This document shows, piece by piece, positions 44,223 to 54,444 of a stretch of DNA of 55,891 nucleotides. Source of the stretch: Thermoanaerobaculia bacterium (lineage in GTDB: Bacteria > Acidobacteriota > Thermoanaerobaculia > Gp7-AA8); the NCBI GenBank assembly GCA_035516895.1, contig DATIZY010000145.1, positions 1-55,891 on the forward strand, written 5' to 3'. The position numbers and the translations under genes were made by a program. The notes beneath the pieces were generated by a model. The model was not told the DNA's origin, searched no databases, and was given only the letters and a program-made list of their open reading frames with translations. Numbering within the stretch: position 1 is the first letter of the stretch; each line of letters opens with the position of its first letter.

Positions 44223-45779
44223 ATGACGGACAAGCCGTACTTCGACCAGGCCGATCTCGACGCGCGCGATTTCGATGCCGCCCACGACCTCGGCACCCCG
44301 GGAAGTTTTCCATTCACGCGCGGTCCCCAGCCGACGATGTACCGCGGCAAGTTGTGGACGATGCGGCAGTACGCCGGCTTCTCCACGGCGGCGGAATCGA
44401 ATCGCCGCTATCGTTATCTCCTCGATCGCGGCACGACCGGACTGTCGATCGCGTTCGATCTGCCGACGCAGATCGGCATGGACTCCGACGACCCGCGCGC
44501 GCGCGGCGAGGTCGGAAAAGTCGGCGTGGCGATCGATTCGGTCGCCGACATGGAAGTGCTGCTCGCCGAGATTCCGCTCGACCGCGTGTCGATCTCGATG
44601 ACCATCAATTCGCCGGCGTCGATTCTCCTCGCGCTGCTGCTCGTGGTCGCCGAGCGGCGCGGCGTCGAGTGGTCGAAGCTCAACGGAACGATTCAGAACG
44701 ACATTCTCAAGGAGTACGTGGCGCGTGGCACGTACATTTTTCCGCCGAAGCCGTCGCTGCGCATCGTGACCGACATCTTCGAGTTCTGCGCAAAGGAAGT
44801 GCCGCGCTGGAACACGATCTCCATTTCCGGCTATCACATTCGCGAGGCCGGATCGACGGCCGTGCAGGAGGTCGCGTTCACGCTCGCGAACGGCTTGCAG
44901 TACGTTCAGGCGGCGGTCGACCGCGGGCTGGACGTCGATGCCTTCGCGCCGCGGATCTCGTTCTTCTTCAACGCGCACAACGATTTTCTCGAAGAGGTGG
45001 CGAAATTCCGCGCGGCGCGAAAGCTGTGGGCGACGCTCATGCGCGAGCGCTATGCGCCGAGCGATCCGCGTTCACTCGCGCTCCGTTTTCACGCGCAGAC
45101 CGCGGGCTCGACGCTGACGCAGCAGCAGCCGGAGAACAACGTCGTCCGCGTGGCCTACCAGGCGATGGCAGCGGTGTTAGGCGGGTGCCAGTCGCTGCAC
45201 ACGAACAGCCGCGACGAGGCGCTCGCCCTCCCGACGGAGGAGTCGGCGACGATCGCGCTGAGGACGCAACAGGTCCTCGCCTGGGAGACGGGCGTGCCCC
45301 GGATCGTCGATCCGCTCGGCGGTGCGTATGCGATCGAATCGAAAACGCTCGACATCGAGCGCGAGGCGGGCGCGCTGATCGGGAAGATCGACGCGATGGG
45401 CGGCGCGCTCGCGGCGATCGAATCGGGATTCGTGCAGCGGGCGATCGGCGACTCCGCGTACGCCGCGCAGCAGGCGATCGACGCGAAGAAGGCGATCGTC
45501 GTCGGCGTGAACGAATTCACGGACGAGCGGCCCTCGCCGCTGCCGATTCTCGTGATCGACGAGAGCGTCGAGCGCGATCAGGTCGCGCGCCTTCATGAGT
45601 TCCGGCAGAAGCGCAAAGGCGATGGACGCCGGGCGCTCGACGCGCTCGACCGCGCCGCGCGCGGCGGCACGAACCTCATGCCGCCGATCGTCGATTGCGT
45701 CCGCAACGATTGCACCGTCGGAGAAATCGTCGCGACGCTCAAGCAGACCTTCGGCGAGTACGCCGATCAGGGATTCTAA
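44223..45779 (+). CDS. Methylmalonyl-CoA mutase family, large-subunit catalytic (substrate-binding) domain, without a B12-binding domain
   Basis: Motifs [25 protein letters not shown] and [12 protein letters not shown]. Confidence 0.9.
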   Translation: MTDKPYFDQADLDARDFDAAHDLGTPGSFPFTRGPQPTMYRGKLWTMRQYAGFSTAAESNRRYRYLLDRGTTGLSIAFDLPTQIGMDSDDPRARGEVGKVGVAIDSVADMEVLLAEIPLDRVSISMTINSPASILLALLLVVAERRGVEWSKLNGTIQNDILKEYVARGTYIFPPKPSLRIVTDIFEFCAKEVPRWNTISISGYHIREAGSTAVQEVAFTLANGLQYVQAAVDRGLDVDAFAPRISFFFNAHNDFLEEVAKFRAARKLWATLMRERYAPSDPRSLALRFHAQTAGSTLTQQQPENNVVRVAYQAMAAVLGGCQSLHTNSRDEALALPTEESATIALRTQQVLAWETGVPRIVDPLGGAYAIESKTLDIEREAGALIGKIDAMGGALAAIESGFVQRAIGDSAYAAQQAIDAKKAIVVGVNEFTDERPSPLPILVIDESVERDQVARLHEFRQKRKGDGRRALDALDRAARGGTNLMPPIVDCVRNDCTVGEIVATLKQTFGEYADQGF

Positions 45780-45859
45780 TTCGCGGTTCGGCGAACGCTG
45801 CGCGGCTCGCCCGCGTGAAACCAGCCTCGTTCTGTCAGGCCGGCGCGCTCCGCGGAGAT

Positions 45860-45886
45860 CTGGAGCCGGGATCGCCCCGGCTCCAG
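45860..45886. terminator. Perfect 11-bp-stem hairpin between convergent genes
   Basis: CTGGAGCCGGG-atcgc-CCCGGCTCCAG. No clear U-tract. Confidence 0.45.
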
Positions 45887-45905
45887 AACGGGATTGCAGC
45901 GATGC

Positions 45906-46817
45906 CTACTTCGGCGCATTCGGCGGACGGGGACATCCCGCCGGCGGTCCCATGTTGATCGGTCCCTTCGTGTTGTTGCTCTCGTTCGACTCCGCGACGA
46001 GATTCAGCGGATCGACGATCGCCAGGAACGGATGCGGCACGTGGGTGGTCATGAATACCGGATCGGACATCAGGTAGTACACCGGCACCGTGACCGTCTG
46101 CGTCGCGCCGGGAGCCAGCGCGTTGAGGTACACGCCGTTGCCCCAGCCGGCTTTGTCCTGCGCCATCACCTGCACGAGCGCCTTGTTGCCGAGCGATGCC
46201 GACGAGGGCGACGCTGCGGTTCCTTCGTTTCGAACGGTGACCTGGAAGATGTAGACCGGCATCTGCGGCTTGCACAGCGGCGCGGCCGCGGCCGCAACGG
46301 GTCCGGTGAAGCCGAACGAAATGACGACGAGATCCGGTTTGCCGCGCTGTGTCGATGTTGACGTCGCGGCCGCGCCCGGGTAACCCGGATATCCCGGGTT
46401 GCCGGGCTTGTTCGACGGCGCGCCCGCGCAGCGAATCTGGAAGTGCGCTTCGTTCGAAAGGAATCCGGCGTTGGGCGCGAGAATCTTGATCCGCTCCCAG
46501 CCGGAATACGTCATGCCGGCGCCGCCCAGAGTCCAGGTCTCATCGGGAATGCTGATGTGAAACGGCGCCGCGGTGAATGTCACCGACTTCACGATCGTGT
46601 CAATCGCGCCGTCGCTTCGCTCGAAGATGTATTTGACGACGCCGGGCCCGTTCGTCTCGATCGTGCCGTGGAATCGGATCGTCGTCGGGCAGATGCCGGC
46701 ATAGTTCGCGGGATCGGCCTCGAGCTTCGCGCCGATCACGCGCATATTCGACTGCGCCATTGCCGCCGTCGAGCAAAGGGCCACCAGGGCCAGGGTGGTT
46801 ACGCGTCTCGCAATCAT
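45906..46817 (-). CDS. Secreted protein with a C-terminal CARDB-like domain
   Basis: Starts MIARRVTTLALVALCSTAAMAQ with a GGAGGAG SD. The PDLVV...VRNEG...DPLNLVAESNESNN pattern matches CARDB. Confidence 0.65.
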   Translation of the reverse strand: MIARRVTTLALVALCSTAAMAQSNMRVIGAKLEADPANYAGICPTTIRFHGTIETNGPGVVKYIFERSDGAIDTIVKSVTFTAAPFHISIPDETWTLGGAGMTYSGWERIKILAPNAGFLSNEAHFQIRCAGAPSNKPGNPGYPGYPGAAATSTSTQRGKPDLVVISFGFTGPVAAAAAPLCKPQMPVYIFQVTVRNEGTAASPSSASLGNKALVQVMAQDKAGWGNGVYLNALAPGATQTVTVPVYYLMSDPVFMTTHVPHPFLAIVDPLNLVAESNESNNTKGPINMGPPAGCPRPPNAPK

Positions 46818-46907
46818 TCTTCTCCTCCGATGCCGCACGTTGCAGAGTCGTGCGGCTGCTGACAAGTACAACCGTCACGGGCAAAGGTTTGTCGCGGAAG
46901 CGCACAC

Positions 46908-46913
46908 TATAAT
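46908..46913 (+). promoter_or_regulatory. Perfect TATAAT, 6 nt upstream of the carA ATG
   Basis: cacacTATAATgcatcgATG with no SD. Candidate leaderless promoter. Confidence 0.5.
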
Positions 46914-46919
46914 GCATCG

Positions 46920-48011
46920 ATGCCCGCCGCGCGCCTCGTCCTCGAAGACGGCACCCTTTACGATGGCGAGTCCTTCGGATCGACGGAAAACGCAATCGGC
47001 GAAGTCGTGTTCAACACGTCGCTGACCGGCTACCAGGAGATCGCCACCGATCCCTCGTACCGGTTCCAGATTGTGACGATGACGTACCCGCACATCGGCA
47101 ACTACGGCGTCGAGAACGTCGTCGAGCAGAGCGCGGAGCCGCAAGTCGCCGGATTCGTCGTGCGCGACGTCATCGAGGAGCCGTCGAGCGCGCATGCGCA
47201 AAGCTCGCTGGGCGACTACTTCACGCGGTACCGCGTCAGCGCGATCGCCGGTGTCGACACGCGCGCGCTTACGCGCAGAATCCGCACCGAAGGCGCGATG
47301 CGCGGCATGATCACGTCGCAGTCGGCCCGCGACGTCGACAGCATCGTGTCCGAGGTGCGAAGCGCGCCGTCGATGAGCGGCCTCGATCTCGTGCGGCGCG
47401 TCAGCGTCGATCGTCCCTACGCGTTCGACGAACATCCCCCCGAAACGAAGCGCCGCGTCGCGGTCTACGACTTCGGCGTCAAACGCGACATCCTCCGGCA
47501 GCTCACACACGCCGGATGCGACGTCACCGTGTTTCCGGCGGAGACTCCCGCGTCGGAGATCCTCGCGGCGAAACCCGACGGCGTGGTGCTCTCGAACGGC
47601 CCCGGCGATCCCGAGCCCGTGACGTACGCGCAGGAAAACATTCGCCAGCTCATCGGCAAGCTTCCGATCTTCGGCATCTGCCTCGGTCACCAGCTGCTGT
47701 GGCTTGCGTTAGGCGGGCGGACGTACAAGCTGAAGTTCGGGCATCGCGGCGGCAACCATCCGGTCAAGCATCTGCGGAGCGGACGCGTGGAGATCACCTC
47801 GCAGAATCACGGCTTCGCGGTGGATCCCGATTCGCTCTCGGAAAATGACGTGGAATATACTCACATTAATTTGAACGATCAGACGCTCGAAGGATTCCGT
47901 CACCGCCGCGAGCCGCTCATCGCCGTGCAATACCATCCCGAAGCCGCGCCCGGTCCGCACGATTCGTTCTACCTGTTCGGCGACTTCATGCGGCTGATGG
48001 ATGCGCCGTAG
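46920..48011 (+). CDS. carA: Carbamoyl-phosphate synthase small (glutaminase) subunit
   Basis: FGICLGHQLL catalytic Cys and the HRGGNHPV...QNHGF pattern. Confidence 0.95.
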   Translation: MPAARLVLEDGTLYDGESFGSTENAIGEVVFNTSLTGYQEIATDPSYRFQIVTMTYPHIGNYGVENVVEQSAEPQVAGFVVRDVIEEPSSAHAQSSLGDYFTRYRVSAIAGVDTRALTRRIRTEGAMRGMITSQSARDVDSIVSEVRSAPSMSGLDLVRRVSVDRPYAFDEHPPETKRRVAVYDFGVKRDILRQLTHAGCDVTVFPAETPASEILAAKPDGVVLSNGPGDPEPVTYAQENIRQLIGKLPIFGICLGHQLLWLALGGRTYKLKFGHRGGNHPVKHLRSGRVEITSQNHGFAVDPDSLSENDVEYTHINLNDQTLEGFRHRREPLIAVQYHPEAAPGPHDSFYLFGDFMRLMDAP

Positions 48012-48046
48012 CTCGATCGTGAGCGAAGCGCCAACGGCCCGTGCCG

Positions 48047-49270
48047 TCACTCGTGCCGCAGCGCCTCGACCGGATTGAGCTTCGCGGCCCGCATCGACGG
48101 AATGATCGTCGCGAGAAACGACACGGTCACCGAAAACGCCGAAATCACCGCGAGGTCGAGCCCGCGCGTCACGAACGGAATCGACGACACGAAATACACC
48201 TCGGCGATCTCCGGAGGAAAGGAGACGAGGTGGAACCGGGTGATGATCCAGCAGATGGCGACGCCGATCGCCACGCCCAGCGCGGTGCCGGCGATCCCGA
48301 CCATCGAGCCGTACCACACGAAGATGCGCCGGATCGTCCGCGGCTCCGCACCCATGGACGCCAGAATGCCGATCTCCTTCCGCTTCTCGTGCACCGTCAT
48401 GATCAGCGTCGAAACGATGTTGAACGTCGAGACGAACACGATCAGCCCGATGACGATGAACAGCACCAGCTGCTGAATTTTCAGCATCGAGAAAAGCTGG
48501 CGGTTCATGTCGCGCCAGTCGCTCACCGCGAATTTGTGATCGGTCCGCGCCTCGATCGCGTGCGTCACCGCGTCGAGCGATGCGCCGGGCGTCAGCTTCA
48601 CCTCGATCAGGTTTGCCGCCCCGGGCATGTCGAGCAGCCGCTCGGCGTCGTGAAGGCTGATGAACAGCCAGCGCGCGTCGTACTCGTAGAAGCCGGTGTC
48701 GAAGATGTTCGTCACGACGAACGACGAGCTGCGCGGAAGAAAACTGCCGGAGTTGTCCGTCGGCACGGTCACGTTGATCGAGCTCCCCACGCGGACGCCG
48801 AGACGCGTGGCGAGGTACCGGCCGACGCCGACGCCGGCCTCGCCCTCGGGCGTCTCGAACACGCCTCGCGGACCGACGATCTTCGCGAGCATCGGCGAGG
48901 TCCGCGCGCGTTCCGCGTCGAATCCTTTGACCATGACTTCGGTGCCGGTCGTCAGCCGCTCGGTGGTCACGAGCGCATGCTGAAACAGCACCGGCGCCGC
49001 TTCGGACACACCCGGCGTTTCGCGAATGACCTCCACGACGTGATCGGTATTGTTGATCGGCGCGCCGACGGCGTAGACGAACACCTCGGCATTGCCGGCG
49101 AGGAGCTTTCGCTGCAGATCGCCGCGATAACCGGTCATCAGCGCCATCGAGATGACGAGCGCCATCACGCCGATGATCAGTCCGAAGATCGACACGAATC
49201 CGACCGCCGACACGAGCGCATCCGTGGGCCGCTTCAGGTACCGCCATGCGATATGGAACGGGAGGCTCAC
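48047..49270 (-). CDS. Lipoprotein-releasing-system-type ABC permease (LolC/E, FtsX family)
   Basis: GTG start with a GTGA overlap onto the murI stop. N-terminus SLPFHIAWRYLKRP. C-terminal FtsX 4-TM region. Confidence 0.8.
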   Translation of the reverse strand: MSLPFHIAWRYLKRPTDALVSAVGFVSIFGLIIGVMALVISMALMTGYRGDLQRKLLAGNAEVFVYAVGAPINNTDHVVEVIRETPGVSEAAPVLFQHALVTTERLTTGTEVMVKGFDAERARTSPMLAKIVGPRGVFETPEGEAGVGVGRYLATRLGVRVGSSINVTVPTDNSGSFLPRSSSFVVTNIFDTGFYEYDARWLFISLHDAERLLDMPGAANLIEVKLTPGASLDAVTHAIEARTDHKFAVSDWRDMNRQLFSMLKIQQLVLFIVIGLIVFVSTFNIVSTLIMTVHEKRKEIGILASMGAEPRTIRRIFVWYGSMVGIAGTALGVAIGVAICWIITRFHLVSFPPEIAEVYFVSSIPFVTRGLDLAVISAFSVTVSFLATIIPSMRAAKLNPVEALRHE

Positions 49271-50086
49271 AACGAGACCAACTCTAACCGCTCGATGTCC
49301 TGCTCGAGAAATTCGCCCGCGATGCGGCGGAACCGCTCCGCGGCATCGGTGACCAGGAACGTGTGGGTCGCGCCGCCCGCGCCGCCCGCGCCATCCAGCA
49401 TCGCGCGCACACACTTCGCCGTGGTTTCCGCGCTGTCGACGACTGCCACGGCGTCGCCGACGACATGCTCGATCGTGCCGCGAAGAATCGGATAGTGCGT
49501 GCAGCCGAGGACGAGCGTGTCGATGCCCGCGTCGAGCAGAGGCTCGAGATACACCTCGGCGACCTCGCGGGCAACGTGCGTGTTCGCCCACCCCTCCTCC
49601 GCGAGCGCGACGAACAGCGGGGCCGCCGCCTCGATCACTTCGACGTCGGGGCGGATCTTCCGGATCGCTTTCGTGTATGCGCGCGAATTCACCGTCCCCT
49701 CGGTCGCGATCACGCCGACGCGGCCGCGCGTCGTCCCGGCCGCCGCGCTTGCGCCGGGCTCGATCACGCCGATCACCGGAATGTCGAGCTGCTCCTGCAG
49801 AGTCGGCAGCGCGGCCGACGTCGCGGTGTTGCAGGCGACGACGAGCATGCCGATCCCGCGCTGCAGCAGATGATGCGCCGCCTGCAGCGAGTAGCGGCAG
49901 ACGATCTCCGGCGATTTCGTCCCGTACGGCACGCGTGCGGAGTCACCGAGGTAGATGAGAGGCCGCTCAGGGACGAGGCGGGCAATCTCGCGAAAAACGG
50001 TCAGGCCGCCGACGCCGCTGTCGAAGATGCCGACGGGGTTCGCGGTCGAAGTCCGTTCCTGCGAGCCGCGGATCGCGGTCGGCGAA

Positions 50087-51472
<1,386 letters not shown>

Positions 51473-51501
51473 TTGCTTCGTTTCGCTTCGCTTCGCTTTT
51501 C

Positions 51502-51507
51502 AGTTTA
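51502..51507 (-). promoter_or_regulatory. -10-like TAAACT in GCTCGGGATAAACT, 29 nt upstream of the ntrC-like ATG
   Basis: It is the mirror image of the pepA-side GCTCAGGATAGACT. The leader contains (GCGAA) repeats. Confidence 0.35.
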
Positions 51508-51881
51508 TCCCGAGCGGGGGCGGGTCCAAGGGTCGGAAGCGAGGGATCATGTGTGGCGCCGCCATGCACGTGCCATGTGCAAAAAGCGTGGCGCCGGACG
51601 CGACCCCGTCGCAATCTTGCGCAACGGCCGCAGCAAGCTGTTTCGGATGCCCGCCGAATTCTCCCGTGTAGGGCACGGCTGCGCCGTGCCGAATCCCGGT
51701 CGCACGGGGGTTCGGCAGCGCGCAGCGCTGCCCTGCACCGTGAGCAATCCTTGAGGCGCCTGCAGCGCAACTTGAAGACTCGTCGCGCCTGGCCTCGCGT
51801 TTTTTCGCCGGTTGCATGTCCGACGCGGCGGCTCCATTGATCCCTCGCTCCCGCCCCTCGGGCCCACCCGCGCTCAGGATA
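51506..51881. repeat. Long imperfect palindrome spanning the divergent ntrC-like/pepA intergenic region
   Basis: The outer 44-bp arms 51506-51549 and 51838-51881 match at 37/44. The inner arms are weaker. A REP pair sits at the centre. Confidence 0.75.
51668..51738. repeat. REP-like pair, head-to-head
   Basis: GTAGGGCACGGCTGCGCCGTGCCGAA-17nt-TTCGGCAGCGCGCAGCGCTGCCCTGCAC. Confidence 0.85.
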
Positions 51882-51885
51882 GACT
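51880..51885 (+). promoter_or_regulatory. -10-like TAGACT in CTCAGGATAGACT, 9 nt upstream of the pepA ATG
   Basis: No SD is present. The 13-mer is identical to the one upstream of moxR. Confidence 0.45.
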
Positions 51886-51894
51886 GCGCAAACC

Positions 51895-53352
51895 ATGGAC
51901 GTCAGCCTCAACAAAGAACCGAAATGGTCGAAGATCGACCACCTCTTCATCGCGCTCGCCGAAAACGATCTGCAGCTTCCGATGCGATCGCTGCAGAAGC
52001 TCGCGAACGAGTCGGGCTTCCGCGGCCGCTCCGACGAGGCGCTCACGCTGCTGGCGGACGAGCCGCGCAAAGTCACCCTCATCGGCATGGGCAAGAAAGA
52101 CAAACTGACGATGCGCGCAGTGCGCGCGGCGCTGTACGCGATGGCGAAGATCGCGAAGAAGCAGCGGGACCGCTCGATCGCCGTGTCCGTCCCGTACGAG
52201 CTTCCCGATCTCGACGCCGAAGATTCGACGCTCGTCGTGGCCGACTACCTCTCGCAGTCGGACTACAAGTACGACGCCTACATCACGAAGAAGGACGAGA
52301 ACGGAAATCTGCCGATCAGCGCAACCGTCATTCCGATCAACGGTGTTGCGGCGAAGCGGCTCAAGCAGCTCGACGCCGAAGCGCGTGCGCTTCGTGCGGG
52401 AGTGCGCACGGTGCGCGATCTCGGCAACGCGCCGCCGAACCTCGCCACCCCGACGTTCATCGCCGAGCGCGCGCAGGAAGTCGCTCGCAACGCCGGCGTG
52501 AAGTGCACCGTCTACGGGAAAAAAGAAATCGAGCGGATGAAGATGGGCGGCCTGCTCGCGGTGAATTCGGGCTCGACGCAGGAGCCGCGATTCATCGTCC
52601 TCGAATACGCGCCGAAAAAAGCGAAGAAGCACGTCGCGCTGGTCGGCAAGGGAATCACCTTCGATTCCGGCGGCATCTCGATCAAACCGGCCGATCGCAT
52701 GGAAGAGATGAAGTTCGATATGTGCGGCGCCGCGGCGGTCATCGGCGCGATCGAGGCCGCGGCGAAGCTCGAGCTCCCCGTCAAAATCACCGGCGCGATT
52801 CCCTCGACCGAGAATCTGCCGAGCGGCAGCGCCTACAAACCCGGCGACATCATCACCATGATGAGCGGCAAGACCGTGGAGATCGTCAACACCGACGCCG
52901 AGGGGCGGATGATCCTCGGCGATGCGCTGCATTACGCGTCGCAGCTCAAGCCCGATCACCTCATCGATTACGCCACGCTGACCGGCGCGTGCGTCGTGGC
53001 TCTGGCCGGCGAAGCGGCCGGCCTTTTCTCGAATGACGATGAGCTGGCTCGGAAGTTGATTGAGTGTGGCGAGCGAGTCGGTGAGCGCCTCTGGCGCATG
53101 CCCGTCTGGGACGAATATCAGGAGTTGATCCGCAGCGAATGGGCGGACATGAAAAACTCCGGCGGGCGTTGGGGCGGCGCGATCACCGCGGCGATGTTTC
53201 TCAAGGAGTTCGTCGATTGTCCATCGTGGGCGCATCTCGACATTGCGGGCACGGCATACACCGAGCACGAGACGGCGCGCGAAGGCCGCGGAGCGACCGG
53301 CGCCGGCGTGCGCGTGACGCTCGCGTTCCTGCAGTCGCTTTCGCGATCCTGA
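51895..53352 (+). CDS. pepA: Leucyl aminopeptidase (M17)
   Basis: Motifs VGKGITFDSGG and NTDAEGRMILGDAL. Confidence 0.95.
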   Translation: MDVSLNKEPKWSKIDHLFIALAENDLQLPMRSLQKLANESGFRGRSDEALTLLADEPRKVTLIGMGKKDKLTMRAVRAALYAMAKIAKKQRDRSIAVSVPYELPDLDAEDSTLVVADYLSQSDYKYDAYITKKDENGNLPISATVIPINGVAAKRLKQLDAEARALRAGVRTVRDLGNAPPNLATPTFIAERAQEVARNAGVKCTVYGKKEIERMKMGGLLAVNSGSTQEPRFIVLEYAPKKAKKHVALVGKGITFDSGGISIKPADRMEEMKFDMCGAAAVIGAIEAAAKLELPVKITGAIPSTENLPSGSAYKPGDIITMMSGKTVEIVNTDAEGRMILGDALHYASQLKPDHLIDYATLTGACVVALAGEAAGLFSNDDELARKLIECGERVGERLWRMPVWDEYQELIRSEWADMKNSGGRWGGAITAAMFLKEFVDCPSWAHLDIAGTAYTEHETAREGRGATGAGVRVTLAFLQSLSRS

Positions 53353-54305
53353 TCGCGCTCGCGACCGCATGCGGCGGCCGGCGTGCGACCGCCGTCCGCG
53401 CCGCCGCACATCCCGTCGCCGACGAGGTCACGTTCACTTCGCTCGAGTCGCCGAGCCTGCAGTTTCTGCCGCGGCAGCAGGAGGCGCCCGGCTGGAAGCT
53501 CGACGAAGATCCGATCGTCATTCCCGGCAATCGCCTCGACTCGTACCTCGGCAGCGACGCGGCGCATTTCGCGAAATACGAAACGCTCGACCTGACGATC
53601 GGAAAATATTCGGCGACCGACGGCAATGGCTTCGCCAGCGTCGAGATTTATCGTTTCCCCGATTTCGTCAAGGCGTTCGGCGCGTACTCGATGCGCAAAA
53701 TCGGCGCGTACAAGGCGCTCAATCTGCAGAACGAGTCGTTCGAAAACACGCACTCGATTCAGTTCTGGCGCGGCGCGTTTTACGTGCGCATCATCGGCGA
53801 GCCGCCCGATGCGCTCCTCAAGCTCGCCGGCTCGGTCGCCGATCGAATGCCGGTGGCGCCCGGCAAGCCCGCCGTCTTCAACTTCCTTCCCGACAAATAT
53901 CGCGTGGCCAACAGCGAGCGCTACTCGGCCGAATCGGGGCTGGGCCAGCCGTACTTCGCGAACTCCTTCCAGGCAACGTTCGATTACGACGGCGATCAGA
54001 TCGAAGGCCTCGTCCTCCCCGCGGCGAACAGGCAGGCCGCCGCGGCGATCCTCAACGCGTATCGAACGCTCTTCGTGCACAACGGCAAGCTCCTCGATCC
54101 GATCCCGAACCTCGGCGAAGACAATTTCACGGCCGAAGACAAGTATCTCGGCCGGGCGGTGGCGTTTCGGATCGATCGCTTCGTCGTCGTCTTCAACGGA
54201 TATCAGGAGCGGCAGCACCTGGTCGATCTGGCGACGCTCGCCGATCAGCGCATCCTCGGCACGATCCGCAAACAGCTCGTGAAGGCGGACGAGCAGAACC
54301 AATAG
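53226..54305 (+). CDS. Hypothetical lipoprotein, start codon unresolved
   Basis: The lipobox-like AFAILIALATACGG sits at about 53337-53378. The nearest in-frame canonical starts are GTG 53226 and ATG 53139, overlapping pepA by 127 and 214 nt. The body of the ORF has good coding character. Confidence 0.5.
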   Translation: MGASRHCGHGIHRARDGARRPRSDRRRRARDARVPAVAFAILIALATACGGRRATAVRAAAHPVADEVTFTSLESPSLQFLPRQQEAPGWKLDEDPIVIPGNRLDSYLGSDAAHFAKYETLDLTIGKYSATDGNGFASVEIYRFPDFVKAFGAYSMRKIGAYKALNLQNESFENTHSIQFWRGAFYVRIIGEPPDALLKLAGSVADRMPVAPGKPAVFNFLPDKYRVANSERYSAESGLGQPYFANSFQATFDYDGDQIEGLVLPAANRQAAAAILNAYRTLFVHNGKLLDPIPNLGEDNFTAEDKYLGRAVAFRIDRFVVVFNGYQERQHLVDLATLADQRILGTIRKQLVKADEQNQ

Positions 54306-54312
54306 CTCGGTT

Positions 54313-54379
54313 GGAGGGCGGCGCTGCGCCCTGCCGAAGCCCCGCCCGGAATTCGGCACGGCGCCGCCGTGCCCTGCAC
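54313..54379. repeat. REP-like pair, head-to-head
   Basis: GGAGGGCGGCGCTGCGCCCTGCCGAA-13nt-TTCGGCACGGCGCCGCCGTGCCCTGCAC. Confidence 0.85.
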
Positions 54380-54424
54380 AAAAACCGATCGTTCGCCCGG
54401 CAACTCCGCAAACTGCGAACGCGA

Positions 54425-54430
54425 TAGAAT
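54425..54430 (+). promoter_or_regulatory. -10-like TAGAAT, 14 nt upstream of the radical-SAM ATG
   Basis: gcgaTAGAATccgcccagcccgagATG. No SD. Confidence 0.35.
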
Positions 54431-54444
54431 CCGCCCAGCCCGAG

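Noticed and set aside
51546-51768. Sigma-54 promoter (TGGCAC-N5-TTGCA) in the region next to the sigma-54 activator. Candidates are TGGCGCcgccATGCA at about 51546 and AGGCGCctgcaGCGCA at about 51754.
   Set aside because: The first has the wrong GG-to-GC spacing (11 instead of 12). The second matches only the minimal GG/GC dinucleotides. This is not enough to call.
53320-53352. Programmed -1 frameshift from pepA into the lipoprotein frame.
   Set aside because: No X XXY YYZ slippery heptamer or downstream pseudoknot-like structure is apparent near the pepA 3' end. It is kept only as a remote alternative within the start-codon finding.
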